Part shown: positions 1 to 11,296 of the stretch, one piece after another
Layout of the letters: every line of letters begins with the position of its first letter
How positions within the stretch are numbered: position 1 is the first letter of the stretch
Assembly (NCBI RefSeq): GCF_000143415.4
Contig: NW_003314263.1
Coordinates: 1,118,165-1,182,164, forward strand
Source of the DNA: Selaginella moellendorffii
Taxonomy: Eukaryota; Plantae; Lycopodiophyta
Reading direction: 5' to 3'
Length of the DNA: 64,000 nucleotides
Made by a program: the position numbers and the translations under genes
Notes under the pieces: generated by a model
What the model saw: the letters and a program-made list of their open reading frames with translations, nothing else
The model's database searches: none
What the model was told of the DNA's origin: nothing

Positions 1-39
1 TATATTGCAGGAACACTTGGTTTACTTGATTGTCTATTA

Positions 40-1900
40 TAGCATATTTTTGGTTTGCTTAAGCAAACGGGGACTGGGATGTTAGTGAATATACCTAGAA
101 TATGCTTGGATATTCTAGGATATGTTACTATGTTTGTCATTCATTTGGATTAATCTTGTATTTCTAATTTATAAACATGTTTATGATTTATAAACTTGCT
201 TAAACACTTTCTAGTATATTCTTTTTTATTCTAATGGTTGATATGCAATAATATTAATCTTGTGTTTATAAATTATAAATATATTTATAATTTCAAACTT
301 TTATTTGATCAATTGGATTAATAAGTAGGAATAATACTACTATTAAGCAAACCAAGCATTGCTACATGCAATTTTTAACAAATTATTTTTTCTTATTTTA
401 ATATTTACTTTATTATGTATTTAATATGTTTTTATATATTTTAATTTTTAATATGTATTTAATATTGTTTTTATTTTTTATTATAACATTTTTATATTAT
501 TATTTTTCTCAATCTTAAACATACTACATTTATTATAATTTTTAAGTATATTTATTTCTATATTAATCACTCTTTGTAACCTTTATAATTGTAGTAGGTT
601 TGGTAAAGGTGAGAACCGAGGCTGGAGAACACAAAAACTCTTGCTAACATATAATATAAACATGTGGTAGAATCAGTAGCCTATTCAAGTCTATAATCAT
701 AACTGAAGTTGTTTCAAGAATATATATAGTTCATGAGCTCTTTCTGAATAACATATCTCCTGCCTCTGCTCGCTGAATAGCATCATTTGGGACAGCTTTT
801 GGCAATTGAGGCCTTTAGCCAGTCTGCATGATAGTTTCCTGCAAGTAAACATGGATGAAAAACTTTTGTAAATTCCACAAAGTTCTCGGGACCAAGAAGT
901 TCATGTCTTGAATTTATTAGAGATTTTATTAGAATTTACATGAATGATTCAAGGAAAACGAAGAGGAAAGACTTATCATCTTATCCACAACAAAAATCTT
1001 TAGGATCTAGTTGTGAATTCTAGCAGCAGGAGCAATAGCCATAGCAACAGGAATTGTCCTTTGGCTTGGACTTACCAGACATTTACTAATTGCTGACATG
1101 GCCAAGAAGCTATATGAAGATGCATTTCTCAACTCCTACTCAAACCATCTTAAAATTTCCTACTGTGACATGAATTACATGTTGTGCGTGAGAAGGCCAA
1201 TGGAAGGGCTAAGTCTTGGCCAGCTTTCTATTTCTTCTGGATTGGCCATGATCTTTAGTCTCTCTGAAACAATTGCTTTTCCAACAAGGCTTCTGATCTT
1301 CTTATGTTCATATCAAGTATTGAGGATGAGTTTCACATAAAACAAGTCACTTGCAGATTGAGTGATCAGCTTGTTGAAGATTGGATGGGCTTGTGTGACA
1401 GACATGTGGCTGACAACTGGCATTGCGATGGCGACTGGATATGCAGTGAGAGTAACAACGACTCTAGACTCATCATAGAAATACAAACCTGAATGTTAAA
1501 ATTATGTTCCTTACAAGATGTGATTGATCCACAAATTGAGCAGTTTCCTTGAACATTCCACACCAGAGATTGAAATCCCTAGGAAAAAGTAGCTAGCAAG
1601 AAATTATCAAACACAAGAAATAATATACAAGATCTTCTGATGACACCAAATATAACTCAAAAATAAATAAAAACTTATTTTATATCTATTTGAATACAAG
1701 TTAAAATACAATATTTATTTTTATAAATTAAAATATGTTTATAATTTATTAGATGGAAGAATATACTAGAATATACATGGAGGTGTTTATATAGTTTATA
1801 TAGTTTATATATTATGAACATAGTTATAATTTATAAAACACAATAGACCAAATATTCAGGCATATTCTAGGCATATCCACTAGCAAACCAAAAACTATAT
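40..1900. mobile_element. Degenerate DNA-transposon-like element with long AT-rich terminal inverted repeats (MULE-like)
   Basis: The segment at ~45-300 (tttttggtttgct...gaatatacctagaatatgcttggatatt...) recurs as its reverse complement at ~1720-1900 (...aatattcaggcatattctaggcatatccactagcaaaccaaaaa). The interior has no intact ORF and no target-site duplication was resolved. Confidence 0.5.
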
Positions 1901-3179
1901 ACTATAAAATAAATCATGATAAAAATCATATTAATCTCATTAAACATGCCAAGATGATAAACTTACATTAGCATAAGTATACTGAGCTTTAGAAAAGCTT
2001 TTGATCATAAAAAATGAAATCAGACACTCTTAGTTAGATTTTCCTCCTTCCTTGAAGAGCCTAGTACTTTTGCCTAACCTTCTCCTCATTTCAAACCTTC
2101 TTAAAGTATATAAAGCAAGGTAATAGATGGAACTTGCTCTCTCTCTCTTGAGTAACAGCTTTTGAATTGAAAGAGAATGAACTTGTAAAGATGAATTGAT
2201 CCTCTTCAGGTCAATGGTAATTGGGGCACTTGCTAGACCAGTCCATGCTTTTGACTTTTGACCCATAAGCTCAAGTAAAACATTTGGACTATTTTACATC
2301 CTTTCTTCCAATCTTCTGAACCCTTCTTAAAATCCTTTGACAGGAAAAATTCATACCATAGAAATTAACAAATTTGGCTTACATTTTTGGTTTTTTAAAT
2401 ATTTCTAAATTAAATACTATATATGAATGTGTGTCAGTATTTATGTGCTATTAAATTTAAGTTTTTATTTATATGAAAAGCCTATGTATTGCTAAAATTA
2501 TTAAAAAAACTACACTCTAATCACATCTATATGTTAATTTGCCTGTTCAAAACTACACCACGTTCTAGAAAACTGCAACTAAAAAGTAGACTTTGCATTT
2601 TCCTTTTTTTGAGTTTATTTGGAGACTATACTTAAGTGACGTCTTAATGCTCACTTGACCATCTTTTTTTACACCGCTAGATAAAATGCTGGATCAATAC
2701 TACTGGAGTGAAGATTCTTGCTTGCTGGATTTGCATTGCCAACTTAGCACTCTATCACTTGAAAATCTAGGCACTTAATCTTTTCTTTTGATAGGAATCT
2801 TGAGTGATCAATTTCTAGAGATGTTCTTACTAGCTGAAAAAGCTTCTTTGATACCATTCGTCTTCACTTTCAATTCTTGGACTGCTCAAAATTTCCTTAC
2901 TCATGTTTTCTGCAAAGAAATTGTTTGCATTCTTTTTTTGAGTCCCCTAGATAGAATCCATTTGGAGCTTGCAATGGGTGCATGGCAAACATAACTAACC
3001 TTGACTAACATGGCAAATTGATTGGTATGCAAGTTACACATAACAAAGCTTAAGCAATAAAATTTCCTTCATCAATAAGTTCATCACTACCTTACTCAAC
3101 ACTTACTTCATGTACACCAAACATCAATAGCGTTACATCAGACCAAGCGGGAGAAATGATTGACAAATCAATCATTTCA

Positions 3180-3715
3180 CAGTTTCGTTGGGAGGTTGCT
3201 TTATTTATCCATCATCAGCAGGCGAGATATAGTAGCTAATGTTATTTTTGTGAGACAGTTTATGCAAAATCCTGGTTTGGGGCACTGGCACGCAGCCTAA
3301 CAGAAACATCAGCCTGAGGAACTGCTTGCACAGGGGGAGAGGATACTTGGGTTTGCTAATGCCGATGACTTGGTGACAAGGAAGACGGGAAATCTCCCAA
3401 CTAGTGGCTACTTCAACTCGTGAAGCAGAATATATGGCTGTGGATGCTGCTATTAAAGAAGCTCTTTGGCCTAGAAGGCTTCTTGAGGACCTAGGAGAGA
3501 CACAAGAAGCACCAACTCAACTTCTCAACAACAATACAGCTAGCCCACAATCCTGGTCTCCATGGGACAACTAAGCACATTGAGGCTCGCTTCCACATGA
3601 TCCGGGATCACATTGCAAGGAGACAAGTGTGAAGGCATGGTAGCAAACATCCTCACCAAGCCCCTAGACAAATCAACATTTCAGGGGCTGAGGAAAATGC
3701 TAGGCATGGAACCAG
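3180..3715 (+). mobile_element. Ty1/copia retrotransposon RT-RNase H remnant (stops and frameshifts)
   Basis: Translatable pieces VGRLLYLSIISRRDI, QFMQNPGLGHWHAA, STREAEYMA..KEALW, TKHIEARFHMIRDHI and NILTKPLDKSTFQGLRKMLGM match copia pol C-terminal motifs. Confidence 0.9.
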
Positions 3716-3742
3716 GTCAGATTTGAGAAAGAGCTCTCGGCT

Positions 3743-3985
3743 GAGGGGGAGTGTTGGGACAGCTGAGTCATTGGAGCAGTCAAGGAGAGGTGAGCAAACT
3801 GATTAAGAGAAGTGCATCGGTTACGATCAAGGAGAGGTTATAGAGCCGTTTTTTCTCTAGATAAATACCCTCCTATCCTTCAGCACAGCACAATAGGAGT
3901 CCTTCCAAAGAGACTTGTGATCGCCATCTTCCATCTTTCAATGGTGGAGAATCACACTCTCCAGCGATCCAAACCTAGTTTTACA
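3743..3985 (+). mobile_element. Polypurine tract and probable 3' LTR of the copia element
   Basis: PPT gagggggag (3743-3751) is followed immediately by TG (tgttggg, 3752). There is an internal TATA-like gataaata and a candidate end ...ttttaCA at 3985. Confidence 0.7.
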
Positions 3986-4105
3986 ATTGGAAATGACCCA
4001 GGAACGATATCGAACCCAGGACTACTGGAATTTAAATTGGGGGATATTCCATGTCTACCGGGATCAATCGTTTCGGCAGTTGGACGAAGCTATGGCGACC
4101 AAGAC

Positions 4106-5157
4106 ATGGCCGATTCCGACGCTCCATGGCCGCTGCTACGCCACGACGCCCCCGCCATTGCCTGGTATCGATCGTTTCTCCAATCGATCCATTTCTCCCC
4201 GCCCTGATCGATTTTCTCTCTCGCTTTTCGCGCGCAAAGCTCTTTGGCGGCGGAGATCGAGAGCAACACATGCCCCATTTGCTTCGAGCTCATGAAATCG
4301 CCCACGTACTCGCCCATCCTGCTCTACCCCTGCGGCCACACCTTCTGCGCAAAGGTTTGCACCAATCGGATCATCAATGGCGATCTTCTCGTTCCTCGTC
4401 TTGGGCAGTGCCTTGAGATCCACACGGTGACGAACCGCAAGAAGACGTGCCCGTATTGCCGGCAGAGAATCGTCTCGCAGGCGCTCAACCTGTCGCTGCA
4501 GAAGCTCATCAATAACTTCGTCGCGCTGCAGAAGAATCCCGCCCCGGCCCACCAAAGTTTTGATCACGGTGCTCAATCGCAGTATGGCGAGAAGCTGCGG
4601 CAAGCTGAGACTCGCAGCAGGATCTTGCAGTGCGCTCTGGCCAACAGCGTCGAAGCCAAGGCCGTGAGACGATGCTTGCTCCAGGGCCTCCGTGCTCTTT
4701 CTTTTTGACTCTTCTTTCGCTTTCTTCTCCAGAAGCTCGCCAGAGACATTGCCGACGCGCAGAGAAAGGTGGTGCAGCTGGAAAGCCGAGAGCAAGAGAC
4801 AAAAGTTCGTCTTGAGAAGGTACTTCGAAGGAAAAAAAAAAAAAAGAAAAAGAAGCGAAAGATGAGAGTAGCGAAAATACCTCCAGGTGAATCTCGAGTA
4901 TCACCGGGTGCTGTCCGAGATCCGAGAGAACCAAGACAATCTAGCGACGCTCCAGAAATACCAAGACGAGGAGACTGCCAAAGTGAATCTCATCCAGGAA
5001 ACGCTCAAGAACCTCCGCAAGGTACCTGGAAAAAAAAAACGAGTGAGAAAACGAAGATCTTTCCATGAAGCAATTACCAGTATGATATCCCAACACTCTT
5101 TGCGTGTTTGACGATTTCCAGGAATGCGAAAAGCTTAAGCTGTTTATATCAGTGTGA
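4106..5157 (+). CDS. C3HC4 RING-finger protein with C-terminal coiled coil (6 exons)
   Basis: Exons ~4106-4164, 4240-4354, 4409-4663, 4733-4819, 4887-5021 and 5122-5157 join in frame across GT-AG introns. The motif CPIC..PCGHTFC..C..CPYC is followed by a heptad-rich helix. Confidence 0.8.
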
Positions 5158-5468
5158 CCGGCACCGGCACCGCCAACGTATCAATAGAAATGTCGTGAAG
5201 AGAAGAAAAGAATTTTCATTTTTTGCCCCCCATGGCAGCTGCGATGTACAGACCCTTGTCTAAAGTTTTTCTCGATTCAATGCAAGCCTTGCCTTTCGTG
5301 TTGCTAATAAAACAAAGACCAAACGAAATAATCAAAACAGAGAAACTAAATCCATGCTTTCTTAGTACCTGCCATTCAAACCGCGTGACTAGTGATGTCT
5401 CCAAAAACAAAAGCCACAGTCCCATCCCTTTACCTATTAGGTGAAAATTCTCTATAACAGTCAAGATA

Positions 5469-6180
5469 ATGTTAGAACGACAAACCACAGGAAAGGATTC
5501 TTCTCTCAGTCTCTCGGTCCAGGAGTATCTCCTCATGGAAGACGCGGTAGCTCCACAAGCACAAGCTTCCCCGCCACTGCCACCACAGGTCTTGGTGTTA
5601 ATCAAGGAAGAGTCTCTTACTGCCTCACCTCACCACGAGAACGAGAGACGCCCGAAAGAGAGCGCCGAAAGTTCTTCCCCCGTTGTTGTAATTATCACTG
5701 TCCAAGAGCAGCAGCCGTCGTGTTCCTACGATTCCTCCAAGCCCCAAGAGATAGCCACAGCAGCAAGCTCGGCCCAGCAGCAGCAACATCACGAACTGGT
5801 GTGTAGAGTCTGCCAGTTGGGATCCCCGGAAGTTCGTGGCGAGCTCATGGAGCTGGCTTGCGTGTGCAAAGATGATCTAGCAGTTGCCCATCGTCGGTGC
5901 GCGGAGGCCTGGTTTCAAATCCGAGGGAACAGGTTCGTAAACCAAACACGTCTTGATTGAGCAGGAAAAGCAAAACGAACCTGGATGATGCAGGAGGTGT
6001 GAGATATGCGGGAAGATCGTCACCAACATCACGCTCAAACGGGGAATGTGGAGCCGAGTGACCCGTATAATTAACCCCGAGGTAGAGCCCAGCCGGCATC
6101 CACATTGCAACGTTTTGGTAACGCTCTTCACAATGGCGATCCTGCTACCGCTCTTTGTCCGGCTAGCTATCTATAGATGA
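5469..6180 (+). CDS. RING-CH (RINGv/MARCH-type) E3 ligase with C-terminal transmembrane segment (2 exons)
   Basis: CRVC...LACVCKDDLAVAHRRCAEAWFQIRGNR|RCEIC (intron 5933-5993), ending in the hydrophobic tail VLVTLFTMAILLPLFVRLAIYR*. Confidence 0.85.
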
Positions 6181-6396
6181 AGGGGATTTCTGAAGAAGCA
6201 AATAGTCAGTTTCACGAAAACAAAAATGACGAAAGAGAAAGAAGCTCTTCACCTGGAATGCTGACGACTCCACACTGCAAGTATCAGGCAACAGAGAGAA
6301 AGGAGAGCGAACAAACTGGGACACTCAACCTTCTAAGAATGCTCGCGATGTTATTGAATAGAGAAGCCAGAGGTTCACGAAACATGTAGCTTGATA

Positions 6397-6660
6397 CTAT
6401 GTCTTCTCCTCGGTCGGTTTCTTTCCCGAAAGCTTATCATGTAACCAATCCCACGGCTGTAAAATACCAGAAGCGAAATATAAGAGAACTTTAAACGGCA
6501 AAAAGCAAGCGTTACGAACCTGAATAAGCCAGATTCCAGTCATAACAGTGGTAGCGCTCCATTGCACGGCAGACTTATACTCTTCACCCCTTGCCTTGGC
6601 TGTTGGACTAAGCCATTGAAGCGGATTCATGCGGAGGAATTTGGCGGGTTTTTGAGACAT
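6397..6660 (-). CDS. QCR10: Cytochrome bc1 complex ~6.7 kDa subunit (QCR10-like), copy B
   Basis: Exons 6660-6520 and 6456-6397 give MSQKPAKFLRMNPLQWLSPTAKARGEEYKSAVQWSATTVMTGIWLIQ|PWDWLHDKLSGKKPTEEKT. This fits the plant QCR10 pattern W-x-G/S...W-(L/V)-(I/V)-QP-x-x-W. Confidence 0.75.
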   Translation of the reverse strand: MSQKPAKFLRMNPLQWLSPTAKARGEEYKSAVQWSATTVMTGIWLIQVRNACFLPFKVLLYFASGILQPWDWLHDKLSGKKPTEEKT

Positions 6661-6875
6661 CTCCAACGCTGTAAAACAAGCACGAAACCAGGCAAGCACA
6701 AGCGTCGGAAGAAAACCAAGAGGCTTTTCACAGGCGCCACCCTTCGCTTACGTGGCAGGAGAAAAACTGCGTATCAAAACTAAACAGGAAAATAAAAACT
6801 CAGTCCCATGTTATTCAAGAAAAAAAATTGAAAACGAATGCTTATGGACGAGTTTTGTGGGTAGATGATAGAGTC

Positions 6876-7450
6876 TTAAGATCCAGCGGCTTGTCCCTCA
6901 GCAGGTTGCCTGGAAAATTTCTCCTTCAACCAGTCATACGGCTGCGAATGCGAGAAGCCAAGTTAGCGAGAAGTATTGAAACCAAAAACTCAATCACGAA
7001 AGCATGCAATGACTCTTTGATCATCAACAACTTAAGAAAAATAAGAGCAGACAAAAAAGATAATGTAAAGATAAAACCACAAGAATTCGCAATCTCGAAA
7101 GCATGCAATGCAGTAAGACCATTCTCTGATCATCAAACAGCTTTAAGAAAAATAACCAAGAAGCGAGTAGAAAAAGAAAATGTAGAGACACAACTACAAT
7201 GCGAAACAAATGCTCCAAGAATGCGCAATCACGAAAGCATGCAATGCAGCACAAGAGGTAAGCATTCTTTGACCATCAAGCAACTTAAGAGAAACAACGA
7301 GCACAAAAAAGAAAGAGAGAAATGTAAAGAACGTACCTGGATCAGCCAAAAGCCAGTGACAAGGAAAGTAGTCCCCCAGCTCATTACCGCTGCGAGCTCC
7401 GTTCTACTCATCTTCGCCGTTGGGGACAGCACAGCCGAAACCCGTGGCAT
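6876..7450 (-). CDS. QCR10: Cytochrome bc1 complex ~6.7 kDa subunit (QCR10-like), copy A
   Basis: Exons 7450-7337 and 6941-6876 give MPRVSAVLSPTAKMSRTELAAVMSWGTTFLVTGFWLIQ|PYDWLKEKFSRQPAEGQAAGS. The intron position is the same as in copy B. Confidence 0.75.
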
Positions 7451-7719
7451 CGTCGCAATGCTCCTCGCGAAAACCCTGGAAAACGCTCGAGCGTCTCAGA
7501 CAAATCCTTCCTCTCATCCGATCTCGTCCAGATCGTCCGCGAAGAATCAAGAGAACGCACCTCTTCTCAACGGCGCCGGCGCCCTCGCCTCCCGAGCACA
7601 AAGGGCAAAATAAAAATATGCCCTCGAGATATTCCCTCCAGGTCATGTTTATCTAGCTACGTCACCAGTACACCTCAGCTTACTTTCAGCCACGTCGGAT
7701 TTTAGGGTTTATCGTCGCC
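7451..7719. promoter_or_regulatory. Compact divergent promoter between QCR10-A and PRP38, with telo-box
   Basis: About 270 bp separates two divergent start codons. A tagggttt telo-box lies at ~7703-7710. Confidence 0.5.
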
Positions 7720-9071
7720 ATGGCGAACCGCACGGACCCGGCGGCCAAGAGCGTCCACGGCACCAATCCACAGAACCTGGTGGAGAAGATTTTGCGCGAG
7801 AAGATCCACCAGAGCTCATTCTGGAAGGAGCAGTGCTTCGCGCTGACAGGTAAATTCGTAGCTAGAGCTGTGGATTACGCGAGAACTAGAAATCTTTGGT
7901 TGCGCGCAGCCGAAACCCTGGTAGACAAGGCGATGGAGTTGGATCACATTGGAGGAACTTACGGCGGCAACAGGAAGGCGACGCCGTTCATGTGCCTCAC
8001 GCTCAAGATGCTCCAAATCCAGCCCGAGAAGGAGATCGTCGTGGAGTTTATCAAGAACCAAGACTACAAGTGAGTTCTTCGCCCTCTTTCTATGTTCCTC
8101 GCGCTCTTGACGATCATTTCTTTCGACGCCCAGGTATGTGAGAGTTTTGGGAGCGTTCTACTTGCGACTCGTGGGCAAAGCCACGGACGTGTATCAATAC
8201 TTGGAGCCTCTCTACAATGACTATCGCAAGATCAGGCAGAGGAGCGCTGATGGAAGTAAGAGCAAACATTTCTTTCTTTCTTTTGTTTGTTCTTCCTCCA
8301 TGGATTGAGCTGTGGTCTTCACTCCAGGTTTCTTCCTCTCCCATGTCGATGAGTTTATCGACCAGCTCTTAACCACGGACTACTGCTGCGATATCACTCT
8401 TCCTCGAGTTCCCAAGAGGTAATGTCTCAACGATTCCTTTTTTATTTTCATTCACGCAGTCATACAAGTTTGTCGATTCACAGGTCGGTGCTCGAGCAGA
8501 ACAATCAGCTGGAGCCGCGGAAGAGCGCTCTAGAGGACGACTTTGAGGAAGAAGAGGAGAAGGACGAGGAAGAAGGAGAACTCGAGCTTACAAACGAAGA
8601 CAAGGTATTAACTTTCTACTCGTCTAGCACTCCAACTGACTATAACTTCGTACTTTGCAGGCATTGGAAAACGATCGTGAAAGAGAAAGAGAAAGAGACC
8701 GTGATCACAGGGATAGGGAGTCCGAGGACCGGGATAGACACAGAGACCGCAGAGATCGAGATAGGGACCGGGACAGAGATTACAGGGACAGGGACCGAGA
8801 GCGAGAGCGGGACTTGTATAGAGATTACTACCGAAGGAGGGAGAGGGACGGAGATAGAGACCGGGACAGGGATAGAGATCGCAGACGTAGGAGCCGGAGT
8901 AGAAGCAGGGAACGCAGGGAGCGAAGGGACGACAGCTCAAGGCGAAAGGACGAACAACGGCCACCCGAGAGCGACAAGAAGAAGAAGAAAGACACAAAAC
9001 CGGAAGAGGACCCCGAGATCGTGGAGGCCAACAAGCTCCGAGCCAAGCTTGGATTGAAACCTCTTCGCTAA
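7720..9071 (+). CDS. PRP38: Pre-mRNA splicing factor 38 (PRP38A-like), multi-exon
   Basis: N-terminus MANRTDPAAKSVHGTNPQNLVEKILR..., then PFMCLTLKMLQIQPEKEIVVEFIK, an RD/RE/RS-rich tail, and the end EANKLRAKLGLKPLR. Confidence 0.95.
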
Positions 9072-9280
9072 AAAGAATGGTATCTAGGAGGTAATGTACC
9101 TGTGTTTTTTTTCCGCTTTGCTATAACAAACCGAGCGTGCCAATCGCGAGCAGGAACTCTAGTACGTTTCCCCGGAGAGCGACTTTGCCGCTGGAAGTTG
9201 TCAGCACCATGGGATCGCTGCGAGATCAAACGAAGCCCAACAGTTTAGGGAATTTCCGGAATCAAAGAAGTTGGAAGCTC

Positions 9281-10968
9281 TTACCAGAACGTACCTGGGA
9301 GCTGGAACGGGCAGGCATCGGGGCTGTTGTTCTCGGACAGTTCCTTGCATATCTTTGGTGTCACCGAGGACGAGTAGCCCTCCACGTCCGTGCACTTCCA
9401 GGCGGTCAGTCCGGTGCTAGCATCCAGCGCTATGTCCTCCAAGCAGATATCTCTGAAAGGCACCTCCGGGATTCCCAGAATTCGTCCGGGCCTGTCCAGC
9501 GTGTTGCCCGTGACTCCCCTGACCGTCACCTTTTCCACGACTGGGAAAGCGGTGGCGTTGTAACCGTTGTCCGGGTGCTCGCTGGAGAAGCCGGAGATGG
9601 TGATGGCGGTCTGGATGTCGAGCAAGGTGATGCTGGAGAGGACAACGTTTCGGATGTAGGCGCCCCTGCCGACGCCAGTCCGGATGGAAACTCCCGACTT
9701 GGTGCTCACTGCGACGAGGTCTTCCACCAGGACGTTCTCTATGCCACCCGAGGTCTCGCTTCCGATGGCTATGGCGGCACCCCGCTTGGTCTGTCCGGTG
9801 ACTCGACGGATATGGATGTTGGAGCTGGGCTGGCCGTAAGCGATGCCGTACTCGTCCCAGCCGCTCTTGATGGCGATCATGTCGTCTCCGTTGCTGATGT
9901 AGCAGTCTTGGATGCAAACGTTGGAGCTGGAATCTGGAAGAACTCTTGGAAGAGCCACCAAAGTTTTGAGAGAGATCCAGGGAAGAAAGTTTGAGAAACT
10001 TTGGAAGGATTTCTTTACCTGGATCGATGCCATCGGTGTTGGGCGAGTCCTGCGGCGCGAGGATTGTCACTCCCTGGATCAGGACGTTGCTGCAAAGAAA
10101 GAAACGCTCAAAAACATTGAGAATCCAGGAAAGCTTACGTGCAGTAGACTGGATGGAGCGTCCAGAACGGGGAATTCACAAGCGTAACGTTCGAGATGAT
10201 GATGTTGGTCGAGCTGACGAACTCCACGAGATGGCCTCTGGTGTGATTGAGAAGCCCGAGCTTGGACCATCGCCACCATTTGGCGCCTTGGCCATCGATG
10301 GTTCCATTCTCGCCTAGAACAAAGGAAAAAGCCGGTGTGGCCAGCGGAAAAGAGGAAAAGAGCGTACCCGTGATGACGACGTCTTCCAAATTCTCTCCGT
10401 GGACGAGGCTGATGTGCCTACCGCCGGGAAGCTCACGCCCTCTTCCATACGATGGCAATGGATCAATAATTGGCCACTGCGATGGATCCTGGCATGCAAT
10501 CATCCAATCCACCGTTTCTTGGAAGAAATCGGGAAGAAATCTCAAGAAGGGAAGGAATTTCAAGAAAGGAGCGAGGAATGCTCGAGATCCAAGACAAGAA
10601 TGCAAGAAAGAGAGGCCATAGCTGGGATTTCAAGAAAGAAAGATGTCGATCGGCCATACCTGAGAACCAAGAATCACCGCTCCTCGCTCCAGATAGAGCG
10701 TGAAATGGCTGGTGAGGTTGAAGCTGCCAGTGAGCCAGCGGCCTTCCGGAACGTAGAGCATGGCGCCGCCTTTGTCGGTCGCCGTGATGGAGCTGAGGTA
10801 GAACATCGCATTCTGGAACGCGAGCGTGTTGAGCGTCACGCCGTCGCCGATGGCCCCAAAATCCACGATCGATGCGCTGTGCGGCCGCGCGCCGATCGGA
10901 ATTGCGCAAACAAGACAAGATCGCCATGCGATCCACAGTGCCAGGAGCAAGAAATCCATGCGCCGCAT
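9281..10968 (-). CDS. Polygalacturonase / glycoside hydrolase family 28, multi-exon, with signal peptide
   Basis: Motifs DFGAIGDGVTLNT, GTIDGQG, NSPFW, SPNTDGIDPD, GDDMIAIKSGWDEYG and IGSETSGG. Confidence 0.95.
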
Positions 10969-11296
10969 TGCGATTTGCGATCAGGCAAGAGCATCACCAG
11001 ATGATCGCCTCCTCCCTCCCTCCTCCACAAGCTCTTCCTCGCCAGGATTGATCCACACGCACAGTCTGGCTGCCTTTCGCCATCGCCCTTCCAAGAATCA
11101 GCCCAGTTTCACGCAAAGCTACCAGACTAAAAATCTAATGTCCCCAACAATCCACGTGGCAGGTTTCTGACGCGCCACGTGTAAATCTCTAACCAAAGCA
11201 CGACGTTTACTCTAATGACGATATTAAACTGGATTAATAGGCACTCCATTTGTTCTTGTGCATCTACTCTTTTGTATACAATGTACAATCCAAAAT

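Noticed and set aside
6828-7613. 261-aa plus-strand ORF
   Set aside because: It is antisense to the QCR10-A gene and runs through its repetitive intron, with no recognisable protein features.
8655-8945. RD/RE dipeptide repeat DNA
   Set aside because: Normal low-complexity tail of PRP38.
9137-9994. 285-aa plus-strand ORF
   Set aside because: Antisense shadow of the GC-rich last exon of the polygalacturonase.
11150-11182. G-boxes and a CGCG box upstream of the polygalacturonase, next to CAMTA
   Set aside because: Short motifs are expected by chance, and adjacency is not evidence of regulation.
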